Shown piece after piece: positions 35,521-44,975 of a stretch of 64,000 bases of DNA. The translations under genes and the position numbers were made by a program. Location of the stretch: NCBI GenBank assembly GCA_910586365.1, contig CAJUGP010000007.1, forward strand, positions 1,157 through 65,156, in the 5' to 3' direction. The notes beneath the pieces were generated by a model. That model made no database searches and had not been told where the DNA came from. It saw only the letters and a list, made by a program, of their open reading frames with translations. The stretch comes from an uncultured Christensenella sp. GTDB taxonomy: Bacteria > Bacillota > Clostridia > Christensenellales > Borkfalkiaceae. Positions within the stretch are counted from its first letter, which is position 1. Each line of letters begins with the position of its first letter.

Positions 35521-36359
35521 CCGAAAATCACTTCGCATTGGCAGGGATATACGCTATCTTCGGTATAAATCAGCTCGCCGATCTTATCGGCGACGATTTT
35601 GCCCGCGCGCGGATTTTTCACCGAATCGAGAGAACCGACGATATGCGCGTCCACCTCGGAATATTCAAACGCCAAATCGCACCGCTCGGTTTTGCAGTTG
35701 ATCAGCTTCAACCCCTTGCAGTAGCAAAGCGGCTGCGTGCCGATGATCGTGCAGTCGAGAAACGTTACGTTTTCCGAATACCACCCCAAATATTCGCCTT
35801 TGACGACGCAGTTTTTCAGCGTGACGTTTTTCGCATGCCAAAACGCGTCTTTGGTATCGAGGCGGCAATCCTCCAACACAACGTTCTGCGTATACTGAAA
35901 GGAATACTTCCCCGAAAATTGCGTGCCGCGCAGCGTCAGATCGGCGGACAGCAGAAAGGCATATTCGCTTTCGATCGCGCAGCGTTCGAGCAAAAGAGCG
36001 CCGCTCTTCCACCCGAATTCGGGCGAAACGATTTGCGTATCGCGTATTTGCACGTTATGGCATTCGCGCACTGCTTTGATGCCGTGCAGCTTGCTTTGTT
36101 CGATCGAAACGTTATGCGTATACCACAGCGCGGCGCGGCAGTTTTCCGTCAGTTCGGCGCGGAGAAGCCGCACGTTATCGTCGTGCCAAAGCGGATAACG
36201 CAAATTGAGAAAACAATCCTCTAAAATCAGATTTTTACTTTCTTTGAGCGCCGACTCGCCGTCCTCTTCGCCGTCGAACGCGCAGCTTATGAAATGCAGT
36301 CCGTCCGATCCGTACAAATCGCGTTCGTGCGGAAAGCGTTCCCCTTGTATGATCTTCAT
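35517..36359 (-). CDS. DUF3737-like right-handed beta-helix protein
   Basis: 280 aa. N-terminal MKIIQGERF..ERDLYGS...ESALKESKNLILEDCFLNLRYPLWH, followed by repeated short beta-helix-like units. Family recalled from memory. Confidence 0.6.
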   Translation of the reverse strand: MKIIQGERFPHERDLYGSDGLHFISCAFDGEEDGESALKESKNLILEDCFLNLRYPLWHDDNVRLLRAELTENCRAALWYTHNVSIEQSKLHGIKAVRECHNVQIRDTQIVSPEFGWKSGALLLERCAIESEYAFLLSADLTLRGTQFSGKYSFQYTQNVVLEDCRLDTKDAFWHAKNVTLKNCVVKGEYLGWYSENVTFLDCTIIGTQPLCYCKGLKLINCKTERCDLAFEYSEVDAHIVGSLDSVKNPRAGKIVADKIGELIYTEDSVYPCQCEVIFG

Positions 36360-36374
36360 GCGTGTTTCCTTCGT

Positions 36375-36998
36375 TTAACGGATAAAATTCGTGCGCGCCG
36401 TTTTTTCGGGTTTGGGCGCGGCAATCCCCGCCTGTTTGCCCGCCTCGATACATTTGAGCATCCAAGCCATGTTGCGCCCTAAGTTGCGCATGGTCTGCAT
36501 GCCTTCCTCGTCTTGCAGCACGTCCGAGGGCTGCGCGCCGTGCACCATGTTCCAATAAGTGGAAGAGATAACGGGCATGCCTACGATGGAAAGATGCTTT
36601 TGCAGATCGTCGAGCGAACACGTCGTGCCCCCTCTGCGCGCCGATACGACGACGGCGCCCGGTTTGAGCGCGAACGATTTGCTCGAAGAATAGAACATTC
36701 TGTCCATGGCGCAAAGCAGTCTGCCGCACGCATGCGCGTAATATACGGGCGAACCGAACACAAAGCCGTCGGCCTCCATCGCCTTTTCGCCCCACGCATT
36801 CACGACGTCGTTCCCGAACACGCAGCGGTGCGTCTGCTTGCACGATCCGCACGCGATGCAGTCCTGCACGGGCTGCGCGCCGATCCAGAGAATTTCCGTT
36901 TCGATCCCCTCTTCGCCCAAAACGCGCGCGACCTCGCTAAGCGCCGTGTACGTGCACCCCTTTTCGTGAATGCTGCCGTTAAACAATAAAACTTTCAT
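36375..36998 (-). CDS. Flavodoxin-fold NAD(P)H-dependent FMN reductase, iron-sulfur flavoprotein (Isf)-like
   Basis: 207 aa. MKVLLFNGSIHEKGCTYTAL, compact Cys motif CIACGSCKQTHRC (CX2CX2CX5C), FGSPVYY. Confidence 0.75.
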   Translation of the reverse strand: MKVLLFNGSIHEKGCTYTALSEVARVLGEEGIETEILWIGAQPVQDCIACGSCKQTHRCVFGNDVVNAWGEKAMEADGFVFGSPVYYAHACGRLLCAMDRMFYSSSKSFALKPGAVVVSARRGGTTCSLDDLQKHLSIVGMPVISSTYWNMVHGAQPSDVLQDEEGMQTMRNLGRNMAWMLKCIEAGKQAGIAAPKPEKTARTNFIR

Positions 36999-37126
36999 AA
37001 TATGCTCCTTACGTTCTCCCGTTCTTGTTTCGCAGCTCTATTATAACCGACCGCCGCAAAAAAAGCAACTACTTCTTTTTTATGGTCATCTATGTCAAAA
37101 AAGCATGGAGTTTTTCGATCCGTAAT

Positions 37127-37156
37127 TTGACAGCCGCCCCGTCGGTGTGTTATAAT
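37127..37156 (+). promoter_or_regulatory. Promoter TTGACA-18-TGtTATAAT for leuC
   Basis: TTGACA 37127-37132, TATAAT 37151-37156. AAGGAG RBS about 10 nt before ATG 37182. No T-box in this leader. Confidence 0.6.
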
Positions 37157-37181
37157 AAACGCTAATTAAGGAGTTTACGGT

Positions 37182-38438
37182 ATGGGAATGACTCTTACGC
37201 AGAAAATACTTGCGGCGCACGCAGGACTTCAAACGGTGGAAGCGGGGCAGCTTATCGAAGCCGAACTCGATTTGGTGCTTGCCAACGACATCACCGCGCC
37301 CGTTGCGATCGCCGAACTCGAAAAAATCGGCGGGCATGTAAAACACTCCGATAAAATCGCGCTCGTGATGGATCACTTCGCGCCGAACAAAGATATCGCC
37401 TCGGCTTGTCAGGTGAAATGCACGCGCGATTTTGCCGCGCGGGAAAAGATAAACGCCTTTTTCGACGTGGGGCGCATGGGCATCGAGCACGCTCTTCTGC
37501 CCGAACAGGGGCTTGTCGGCGCGGGCGACTGCGTGATCGGCGCAGACAGCCACACCTGCACGTACGGCGCGCTCGGCGCGTTCTCGACGGGCGTCGGCTC
37601 GACCGACCTTGCCGCCGCCATGCTGACGGGAAAATGTTGGTTCAAAGTCCCCGCCGCCGTCAATTTTTCTCTAAAAGGAACACTTCCCCCCTTCGTTACG
37701 GGCAAAGACCTGATTCTGCATATCATCGGTCAAATCGGCGTAGACGGCGCGCTCTACCGCTCCATGGAATTTTCGGGCGAAGGCGTGGCGGCACTGAGCA
37801 TGGACGATCGGTTCACGGTTTGCAACATGGCGATCGAGGCGGGCGCGAAGAACGGCGTGTTCCCCGTAGACGAACAAACCCTTGCTTACATGAAAGACCG
37901 TTTCCGCCGCCCCGTGAAAATTTACGAGGCAGACGGCGACGCCGTTTACGAAAAAACGATCGAAATAAATCTTCACGCATTGCAGCCCACGGTAGCCTTC
38001 CCCCACCTTCCCGAAAACGCAAAGACGGCATGGGAAGAGATCAAAATCGATCAAGTCGTGATCGGCTCGTGCACGAACGGACGCCTTTCCGACTTGCGGC
38101 AGGCAGCCGAGATCTTACGGGGCAGGCATGTTGCGGACGGCGTACGCTGCATCGTCATTCCCGCCACGCAGCAGATTTATCTGCAAGCGCTGCGCGAAGG
38201 ACTGCTCGAAACGTTTATCAAGGCAGGCGCCGTCGTTTCCACCCCCACGTGCGGACCGTGTTTGGGCGGTCATATGGGGATCCTTGCCGACGGCGAACGG
38301 TGCGTTTCCACCACCAACCGCAACTTCGTCGGGCGAATGGGACATATCACGAGCGAAATCTATCTTGCCTCGCCCTACACGGCGGCGGCAAGCGCGGTCG
38401 CGGGCAGACTCGTCACCGCAAAGGAGATCCTGTCATGA
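37182..38438 (+). CDS. leuC: 3-isopropylmalate dehydratase large subunit
   Basis: 418 aa. Aconitase-type motifs ([25 protein letters not shown]). Followed by leuD with an ATGA overlap. Confidence 0.9.
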   Translation: MGMTLTQKILAAHAGLQTVEAGQLIEAELDLVLANDITAPVAIAELEKIGGHVKHSDKIALVMDHFAPNKDIASACQVKCTRDFAAREKINAFFDVGRMGIEHALLPEQGLVGAGDCVIGADSHTCTYGALGAFSTGVGSTDLAAAMLTGKCWFKVPAAVNFSLKGTLPPFVTGKDLILHIIGQIGVDGALYRSMEFSGEGVAALSMDDRFTVCNMAIEAGAKNGVFPVDEQTLAYMKDRFRRPVKIYEADGDAVYEKTIEINLHALQPTVAFPHLPENAKTAWEEIKIDQVVIGSCTNGRLSDLRQAAEILRGRHVADGVRCIVIPATQQIYLQALREGLLETFIKAGAVVSTPTCGPCLGGHMGILADGERCVSTTNRNFVGRMGHITSEIYLASPYTAAASAVAGRLVTAKEILS

Positions 38439-38917
38439 CGGTGCAAGGACGCGTTCACAAATACGGCAGCGACGTCGATACCGACGTTATCATTCCCGCA
38501 CGTTATCTCAACACGGCGAGCGCCAAGGAGCTTGCCAAACACTGCATGGAAGATCTCGACCGAGATTTTATCAACAAAGTGCAAAAAGGCGATATCATGG
38601 TCGCGGAAGATAACTTCGGGTGCGGCTCGTCGCGCGAACATGCCCCCCTTGCGATCAAAACGAGCGGCGTTTCGCTCGTCATTGCAAACTCGTTCGCGCG
38701 GATCTTCTACCGCAACGCCATCAACATCGGGCTGCCCATTTTGGAATGTCCCGAAGCGGTGAAAGATATTTCGGCGGGCGACGTCGTTTCGTGCGATTTA
38801 GCGACGGGGATCATCACAAATCAAACGACGGGCAAAGCCTTTACCGCGCAGCCCTTTCCGCCCTTTATTCAGAAAATCATCGACGCGGGCGGACTGTTGG
38901 CGTCGTTAAAGAAATAA
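38435..38917 (+). CDS. leuD: 3-isopropylmalate dehydratase small subunit
   Basis: Last 160 aa of track ORF 37406..38917, starting at ATG 38435 ([25 protein letters not shown]). [10 protein letters not shown] motif. Confidence 0.9.
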   Translation: MTVQGRVHKYGSDVDTDVIIPARYLNTASAKELAKHCMEDLDRDFINKVQKGDIMVAEDNFGCGSSREHAPLAIKTSGVSLVIANSFARIFYRNAINIGLPILECPEAVKDISAGDVVSCDLATGIITNQTTGKAFTAQPFPPFIQKIIDAGGLLASLKK

Positions 38918-38918
38918 C

Positions 38919-39340
38919 ATGATACGCAAGAACAAAAACGCCGAATCGATCGGCGTCGCCGTTGTGACCGCGAGCGCTTTGGCGGCGCTGTTCGTGCAGA
39001 TTTTTTGGGATACCGAACACCCCGCCAATCGGAAAAACGGCTCGGCACGCTCGCGCCCGATAAAAAAGTCTTTTCCGTCAGTCTGTACGGCGAAATCGAC
39101 CTTGATATGCTGCTGCATGCGCACACGCTCGACGCAAAGAAATCCGAACGGAGAAAAGCGGACGACGCCTTTCGGGGCGAAGTCAAAATCGATCTTAACA
39201 ACCTGCACACCCTTCGCGGTAAAACGGTGATCGTAGATGAATATTTATTCGCGGCGATGCAGGCGCTCGAATTCTTCAAACCGCTTTTCAAATACAATAC
39301 CGTTGTTTCGTACAACGTTTTAGGCGAGGACATAGCATGA
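38919..39340 (+). pseudogene. Small membrane-anchored ORF between leuD and leuB, split over two frames (frameshift, sequencing error or recoding)
   Basis: Frame A: ATG 38919 gives MIRKNKNAESIGVAVVTASALAALFVQIFWDTEHPANRK. Frame B (track ORF 39005..39340) gives ...LAPDKKVFSVSLYGEIDLDMLLHAHTLD...YNVLGEDIA, and its TGA overlaps the leuB ATG. Host-like codon usage switches frame near the A5/A6 runs at 39040-39066. Confidence 0.35.
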
Positions 39341-40413
39341 AAAAAACGATTGCAGTATTAGCGGGCGACGGGATCGGACCCGAAATCACGGACGGCGCGA
39401 TCGCCGTATTGCAAGCCGTCGCGCAAAAATTCGGGCATGAATTTGCGTTTGAACACTACCCGATCGGCGGCTGCGCGATCGACCGCTGCGGCGTTCCCCT
39501 TCCGCCCGAAACGGTGGAAGGCTGCCTTGCTTCCGACAGCGTGCTGCTCGGCGCGGTGGGCGGTTACAAATGGGACGGCATGGCGGGCGATACACGCCCC
39601 GAAGCAGGGCTTTTGGGCATTCGCAAAGCCATGGGACTTTATTCCAACATTCGCCCCGCACGGCTCTTCAAGCAGCTTGCAAGCGCTTCTCCGCTCAAAG
39701 AAAGTCTTGTGCAAAACGGCATCGAGATCATCGTCGTGCGCGAACTGACGGGCGGCATCTATTTCGGCGAACGCGGCAGTTACGACGACAGCGAGAACGG
39801 CGCGACGGCGTGGGATACCGAAAAATATTCGGTTCGGGAAATCGAACGGATCACGGAAATCGCCTGCCGCCTTGCCGCGAAGCGCTCGAAAAAGATCGTT
39901 TCGGTCGATAAAGCGAACGTGCTTGAAAGCTCGCGCCTGTGGCGCAAAACCGTACATGCCTACGCCGAACGGCATTATCCCGAAATCGCCGTGGAAGATA
40001 TGCTTGTCGATAACTGCGCCATGCAGATCGTAAAAAACCCCGCGCAGTTTGACGTGCTTCTGACCTCGAACATGTTCGGCGATATCCTTTCCGACGAAGC
40101 GGCGCAGGTAACGGGCTCGATCGGCATGCTTGCGTCCTCTTCCTTAGGCGAAGGCACGCGCGGTTTATACGAACCCATTCACGGCAGCGCGCCCGACATT
40201 GCGGGGCGCGACCTTGCCAACCCCGTGGCGACCATTCTTTCGTGCGCCATGATGCTGCGCGATTCCTTCGGCTTATATGAAGAATGCGCCGCCGTGGAAC
40301 GCGCCGTCGAGCGCGTGCTCGAAGAGGGTTACCGCACGGCGGATATCTTTGCGGAAGGCATGAAAAAAATCGGCTGCCGCGAAATGGCGCGCCTGATCGC
40401 CGAATGCGTTTGA
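39337..40413 (+). CDS. leuB: 3-isopropylmalate dehydrogenase
   Basis: 358 aa. Begins [17 protein letters not shown]. Also contains [18 protein letters not shown] and [11 protein letters not shown]. Confidence 0.95.
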   Translation: MKKTIAVLAGDGIGPEITDGAIAVLQAVAQKFGHEFAFEHYPIGGCAIDRCGVPLPPETVEGCLASDSVLLGAVGGYKWDGMAGDTRPEAGLLGIRKAMGLYSNIRPARLFKQLASASPLKESLVQNGIEIIVVRELTGGIYFGERGSYDDSENGATAWDTEKYSVREIERITEIACRLAAKRSKKIVSVDKANVLESSRLWRKTVHAYAERHYPEIAVEDMLVDNCAMQIVKNPAQFDVLLTSNMFGDILSDEAAQVTGSIGMLASSSLGEGTRGLYEPIHGSAPDIAGRDLANPVATILSCAMMLRDSFGLYEECAAVERAVERVLEEGYRTADIFAEGMKKIGCREMARLIAECV

Positions 40414-40431
40414 TCCGCGTTCGACCCTTCC

Positions 40432-40605
40432 GCCCGTCAGCCTACATTCCCTGTCCGTCAGCCTGCATTCCCCGCCTGTCATTCTGAGCACAGCCGAAGA
40501 ATCTCGCGTATCCCGCCTGTCATTCTGAGCGTAGCCGAAGAATCCCCTTTTCAATACTAAACCAAGATATTTCGACTCCACTTCGTTCCGCTCAATATGA
40601 CAAGT
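40432..40605. repeat. Intergenic repeat cluster of the dispersed family
   Basis: CCGTCAGCCT(A/G)CATTCCC x2; CCCGCCTGTCATTCTGAGC(AC/GT)AGCCGAAGAATC x2 (about 41-nt period); then ATATTTCGACTCCACTTCGTTCCGCTCAATATGACA, which is related to the 57.8-kb unit. Confidence 0.7.
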
Positions 40606-40638
40606 TTCATTCGTTCTACCCGACAACTCAAAAAAATT

Positions 40639-41325
40639 ATGATCGAACAAAACGTACAGAATATTCTCAAAGAACTGCAAAACGGCAATGCCTTCGGCGA
40701 ACGCATCACGCTCGTAGCGGCGACCAAAACGCGCTCGGCGGAAGAGATCAACCGCGCGATCCGAGCGGGCATTTTAGACGTGGGCGAAAACCGCGTGCAG
40801 GAGTTTTGCGAAAAATTCGACGCCGTGCAAGGCGGAAACCGCCACTTTATCGGGCATTTGCAAACCAATAAAGTAAAATATCTGATCGGTAAAACGTATT
40901 TGTATCACTCCGTCGACCGCGACGAACTTGCCGAAGAGCTTTCAAAACGTTCTCAAAAAGCAGGCGTCGTTTCGGATATTCTCATTCAGATCAATATCGG
41001 CGACGAAGAAAGCAAGGGCGGTTATCCGCTTGCGGAAGGGTTTGCGGTTTACAAACGGCTTTTAGCAAAAACAGGCTTGCGCGTGCGCGGATTTATGGCG
41101 ATGCTGCCCCGCTCCGACGACGGTGCGTATTTGGGAACGCTGTGCGATCAGATGCGCGCGCTGTTTGAAAAAGCGCGCGAACAAGACGAAAATATCGCAT
41201 ATCTTTCGATGGGCATGAGCGGCGATTATAAGCTCTGCCTTGCGCACGGTGCGAACATGGTGCGCCTCGGCACGGCGGTGTTCGGCGAACGCGCTGCGGT
41301 TTACTTTTCCCCAAACCGCGCATAA
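40639..41325 (+). CDS. yggS: YggS/YlmE family pyridoxal-phosphate-binding (PLP homeostasis) protein
   Basis: Start at ATG 40639 (MIEQNVQNILKEL) inside track ORF 40597..41325. LVAATKTRS, GENRVQE, HFIGHLQTNKVKY, LSMGMSGDY. Confidence 0.85.
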   Translation: MIEQNVQNILKELQNGNAFGERITLVAATKTRSAEEINRAIRAGILDVGENRVQEFCEKFDAVQGGNRHFIGHLQTNKVKYLIGKTYLYHSVDRDELAEELSKRSQKAGVVSDILIQINIGDEESKGGYPLAEGFAVYKRLLAKTGLRVRGFMAMLPRSDDGAYLGTLCDQMRALFEKAREQDENIAYLSMGMSGDYKLCLAHGANMVRLGTAVFGERAAVYFSPNRA

Positions 41326-41332
41326 TAACGTT

Positions 41333-42214
41333 ATGCCGAACGCGATCACCCATTTCCTTATTGCACAAGACGCCGCGCAGCGTCTGCCCCGCTCCTATGC
41401 GGACATGCCTTCCGCCGCGCCCGATTACTACTTTATCGGTTCGCAAGGCGGCGACCCGCTCTTTTTTTACAAGCCGCTTTCCAAAAAAGAACCCAACTTC
41501 GGAAAATTCGTACACCGTTACCGCATATACGAATTTTTTTGCGCCATGCGCGATCATCTTACCACGCTTACGGGCGTCGAGCTGGAAAAAGCGCGCGCCT
41601 ATTGCCTCGGCTACGTGACGCATTACAGCACGGACGTATGCTTTCATCCGTTCGTCTATAATATGATTGCGCCGATCAAATCCAAAAAAAGCGTGCATTA
41701 TCAAATCGAAAACGATTGGGACGTTTATTTTCTGCGCTCGCGCACGGGGCACGAAGCCGAACATTACGCCTTCCCCTTTTCGCCGCGCAAGCTGATCGAG
41801 GACGGCGTGCTGTTCCGCATGTATTCGGCGATCGCCCGCGCGCTCGACAGACGGGAACTGAGCGAAAAAGCCCTTTCCCGCGCCTGGAAGAATTACGGGC
41901 ATTACCTCGGCTTTTTTCACGGCAGCTGCTATAAAAAATCGGCGCGGCTGAATAAGCTCGGCAACGGCTTCAAAAAATTGGCGCGCATGTATCCGCGGAA
42001 AAACCCCGCCCGAAACGTTCTCGAAAGCGAAGATTTTTTACGGTTAAGCGAAGGACGCGGCGCGAATGCCGACGAGCTTTTCGAGCGAGCCGTTTCCGAC
42101 AGTGCGCGCCGCATGATCCTTTTTCTCGCCGCGCTCGACGGCGCGCCCCTTCCCGAAGAAGAATTCAATTTCCATCTGCTAACGGGCAAAAATGCCGAAC
42201 AGCTCCCGACCTAA
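41333..42214 (+). CDS. Zinc-dependent phospholipase C-like family protein
   Basis: Start at ATG 41333 (MPNAITHFLIAQDA) inside track ORF 41240..42214. Has His-rich motifs (GYVTHYSTDVCFHPFV). Family assignment is from memory. Confidence 0.55.
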   Translation: MPNAITHFLIAQDAAQRLPRSYADMPSAAPDYYFIGSQGGDPLFFYKPLSKKEPNFGKFVHRYRIYEFFCAMRDHLTTLTGVELEKARAYCLGYVTHYSTDVCFHPFVYNMIAPIKSKKSVHYQIENDWDVYFLRSRTGHEAEHYAFPFSPRKLIEDGVLFRMYSAIARALDRRELSEKALSRAWKNYGHYLGFFHGSCYKKSARLNKLGNGFKKLARMYPRKNPARNVLESEDFLRLSEGRGANADELFERAVSDSARRMILFLAALDGAPLPEEEFNFHLLTGKNAEQLPT

Positions 42215-42219
42215 AAAAA

Positions 42220-42822
42220 TCACCCTTGATCGGGTGATTTTTTTGAAAATTCGCAGCCGCAATAATTCTGACGGTAAAGGTTGTACTGTTTGGAAAGCGT
42301 GACCGACCGAAGATAGCCGCCGCGTTTTTTGAAGTCGGCGGGCAGATACGAAACGCCGTATTCTTCCTGCAAGGCAAAGCCGATTTCGTTGATGAGCCGC
42401 GCGTTCTTTAACGGCGAAACGGTCAGCGTGGTGGAAAAATAATCGTATCCGCGCGCCTTTGCTTCGCTTGCCGTCCGCGCAAGCCTTAGCTTAAAACACA
42501 CCGCGCACCGCGCGCCGCCCTCTTTTTCGCCCTCCAATCCGCACACGGCGCGTAAAAATTCGCCGTGATCGTACCCGCAGTCGAAATAATCGGCGTACCC
42601 CGTTTCGCGCAGCAGCCTGATCTGTTCGTTTTTGCGCTTTTCGTATTCCTCTGCGCCGTCGAGATTGGGATTATAATAAAAAACGCTCGTCCGTATCTTC
42701 GCGCTCACCTCTTCGAGACAAGCCGTCGAACAGGGCGCGCAGCAGCTGTGCAAAAGCAATTTCTTCCCCTGCGCGTTTTCGAGCATTTCAAGCATTCGTT
42801 TATCGTAATTGACTGCGTTCAC
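42220..42822 (-). CDS. queH: Epoxyqueuosine reductase QueH (DUF208)
   Basis: 200 aa. LLLHSCCAPCS, CAVCFKLRL and the C-terminal YCGCEF motifs. Confidence 0.85.
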   Translation of the reverse strand: MNAVNYDKRMLEMLENAQGKKLLLHSCCAPCSTACLEEVSAKIRTSVFYYNPNLDGAEEYEKRKNEQIRLLRETGYADYFDCGYDHGEFLRAVCGLEGEKEGGARCAVCFKLRLARTASEAKARGYDYFSTTLTVSPLKNARLINEIGFALQEEYGVSYLPADFKKRGGYLRSVTLSKQYNLYRQNYCGCEFSKKSPDQG

Positions 42823-43397
42823 GTCCTATCTGCTCCGCGGATCATGCCGCAAAAATATTCGTGAATCCGCAGATCGGAAGTCAGTTCGGGGTGGAACGCC
42901 GTGGCAAGCATGTTCTCCTGCCGCGCCGCGACGATTTTGCCCTCATGCTCGGCGAGCACTTCCACATGTTCGCCCGCGCTCTCGATATAGGGCGCGCGGA
43001 TAAACACGGCGGGATATGCGCCGATATGCGCCGTATCAAGCTCGGCGCGGAAGGAGCCGAGCTGCCTTCCGTAGGCGTTGCGCCTGACCGATACGTTCAT
43101 CGCCGCCAGCCAAACGTTTTCGTCGTTCGTCAGTTTTTTTGCAAGCAAAATCAGCCCCGCGCACGTGCCGAACACGGGCATGCCCCCGCCGATCGCCTCT
43201 CGCAAAGGCAAGAACAGCCCCTCGTCTTTGAGGAGCTTGCCCTGCACGGTCGATTCTCCGCCGGGAAGAATGACGCCGTCTAACTTGTCGGTAAAATGCG
43301 CTCTTCTGCGGATTTCAACCGTTTCGACGCCTAATTTTTCGAGCGCCTGCCTGTGTTCGAGGAACGCGCCCTGCAATGCAAAAATTCCGATTTTCAT
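42819..43397 (-). CDS. pdxT: Pyridoxal 5'-phosphate synthase glutaminase subunit
   Basis: 192 aa. MKIGIFALQGAF.EH, GVILPGGEST, PVFGTCAGLILLA, FHPEL. Confidence 0.95.
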   Translation of the reverse strand: MKIGIFALQGAFLEHRQALEKLGVETVEIRRRAHFTDKLDGVILPGGESTVQGKLLKDEGLFLPLREAIGGGMPVFGTCAGLILLAKKLTNDENVWLAAMNVSVRRNAYGRQLGSFRAELDTAHIGAYPAVFIRAPYIESAGEHVEVLAEHEGKIVAARQENMLATAFHPELTSDLRIHEYFCGMIRGADRT

Positions 43398-43405
43398 AAA
43401 AGGAG

Positions 43406-44281
43406 TTACTTTCCTCTTTCTTCCATGATCAGTTTGATTTCGTTTTCGTTGATGCCGACCATCGCCTCGCCCAAATCCTCCGAAAGCTCGGCAAGAATTT
43501 TGGGGTCGTTATAATTCGTGACCGCCTGCACGATCGCGCGCGCGCGTTTTGCGGGATTGCCCGATTTGAAAATACCGCTGCCGACGAACACGCCTTCCGC
43601 GCCGAGCTGCATCATAAGCGCGGCGTCCGCAGGAGTCGCAACGCCGCCCGCGGCAAAGTTCACGACGGGCAGTTTGCCGTTCTCGTGCACGTATACGACA
43701 AGCTCGTAGGGAACCTGCAAGGTTTTCGCCTCTTCGTAAAGCTCGTCCGCGCGCATGGAAACGATTTTCTTGATCTGGCTTTGCATCATGCGCATATGGC
43801 GCACCGCCTGCACCACGTCGCCCGTGCCCGGTTCGCCCTTGGTGCGGATCATCGCCGCTCCTTCCGCAATACGGCGCAAAGCCTCGCCCAAATCGCGCGC
43901 GCCGCACACAAAGGGAACGGAAAACGCGTTTTTGTCGATATGGTATTTATCGTCGGCGGGAGAGAGAACCTCGCTCTCGTCGATATAATCGATTTCGATC
44001 GCCTGCAAGATCTGCGCCTCGGCGATATGCCCGATACGGCACTTCGCCATGACGGGAATGGATACCGCCTGCTGAATGCCCTTGATCATTTTGGGATCGG
44101 ACATGCGCGAAACGCCGCCCGCCGCGCGGATATCGGCGGGGATACGCTCCAACGCCATCACGGCGCACGCGCCCGCTTCCTGCGCGATACGCGCCTGTTC
44201 GGGCGTGGTAACGTCCATAATCACGCCGCCCTTTAACATTTGCGCCAAATTCTTATTGAGTTCAAACCGTTCGTTCGCCAT
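43406..44281 (-). CDS. pdxS: Pyridoxal 5'-phosphate synthase lyase subunit
   Basis: 291 aa. [37 protein letters not shown]-like [32 protein letters not shown]. Confidence 0.95.
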   Translation of the reverse strand: MANERFELNKNLAQMLKGGVIMDVTTPEQARIAQEAGACAVMALERIPADIRAAGGVSRMSDPKMIKGIQQAVSIPVMAKCRIGHIAEAQILQAIEIDYIDESEVLSPADDKYHIDKNAFSVPFVCGARDLGEALRRIAEGAAMIRTKGEPGTGDVVQAVRHMRMMQSQIKKIVSMRADELYEEAKTLQVPYELVVYVHENGKLPVVNFAAGGVATPADAALMMQLGAEGVFVGSGIFKSGNPAKRARAIVQAVTNYNDPKILAELSEDLGEAMVGINENEIKLIMEERGK

Positions 44282-44364
44282 AAAAGAAACTTCCTCTGTC
44301 TTGATTTCTCATTTTATTATAGCACGGCGTTCGCGTTTCGTCAATCGAATTGCGCCCGTCCCTC

Positions 44365-44393
44365 TTGACGCAGCGCATTTTTTATAGTAAAAT
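44365..44393 (+). promoter_or_regulatory. Candidate promoter TTGACG-17-TAAAAT upstream of the ECF sigma operon
   Basis: TTGACG 44365-44370, TAAAAT 44388-44393. About 80-nt leader to ATG 44475. Confidence 0.5.
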
Positions 44394-44474
44394 CGGCTTA
44401 ACGGAAAATTTTCAGAAAACAAGTGAGTAAAACGTCTTGCTCGTTCGTTTTATAAGCGAGAGGGGTGGAAAATA

Positions 44475-44975
44475 ATGGGAGAAAGACATCGGATCGAACG
44501 GCTTGTTACGCGTTACGGCGACGCGCTTGTGCGCTTCGCCTATTGCCGCACGGGAAATTCCGCCGAAGCGGAAGACATTGCCGAAGACGCGTTCGTCGCG
44601 CTCTTTCTCAAAAACAAAACGTTTGAAAACGAAGCGCAGGAAAAAGCGTATCTTTTCAAAACGGCTGCAAACAAATGCTGCGATTATAACCGCAAAAAAA
44701 AGCGCGCTCCCGTCCCCCTCTCCGATCTCGAGAACGTGCTTTGCTTTGACGGCGCGGCGCAAGCCGAAACCAGGTGCGATAACGACACGCTTTACCGCTG
44801 CATGCAAACCCTCCCCGCGCAATACGCGCAAACGCTCTGCTTGCACTATTTCGAGGGATACTCCCCCGACGAGATCGCAATGATTTTGCGTAAAAACAAA
44901 AAAAGCGTTTACAATCTGCTTGCGCGCGCCAAATCCGCCCTTTCCGATTTATTAAACAAGGAGAACTTTTCATGA
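44475..44975 (+). CDS. ECF-type RNA polymerase sigma factor
   Basis: 166 aa. Region 2 (AEDIAEDAFVALF) and region 4 HTH (YFEGYSPDEIAMILRKNKKSVYNLLARAKSAL). Confidence 0.85.
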   Translation: MGERHRIERLVTRYGDALVRFAYCRTGNSAEAEDIAEDAFVALFLKNKTFENEAQEKAYLFKTAANKCCDYNRKKKRAPVPLSDLENVLCFDGAAQAETRCDNDTLYRCMQTLPAQYAQTLCLHYFEGYSPDEIAMILRKNKKSVYNLLARAKSALSDLLNKENFS

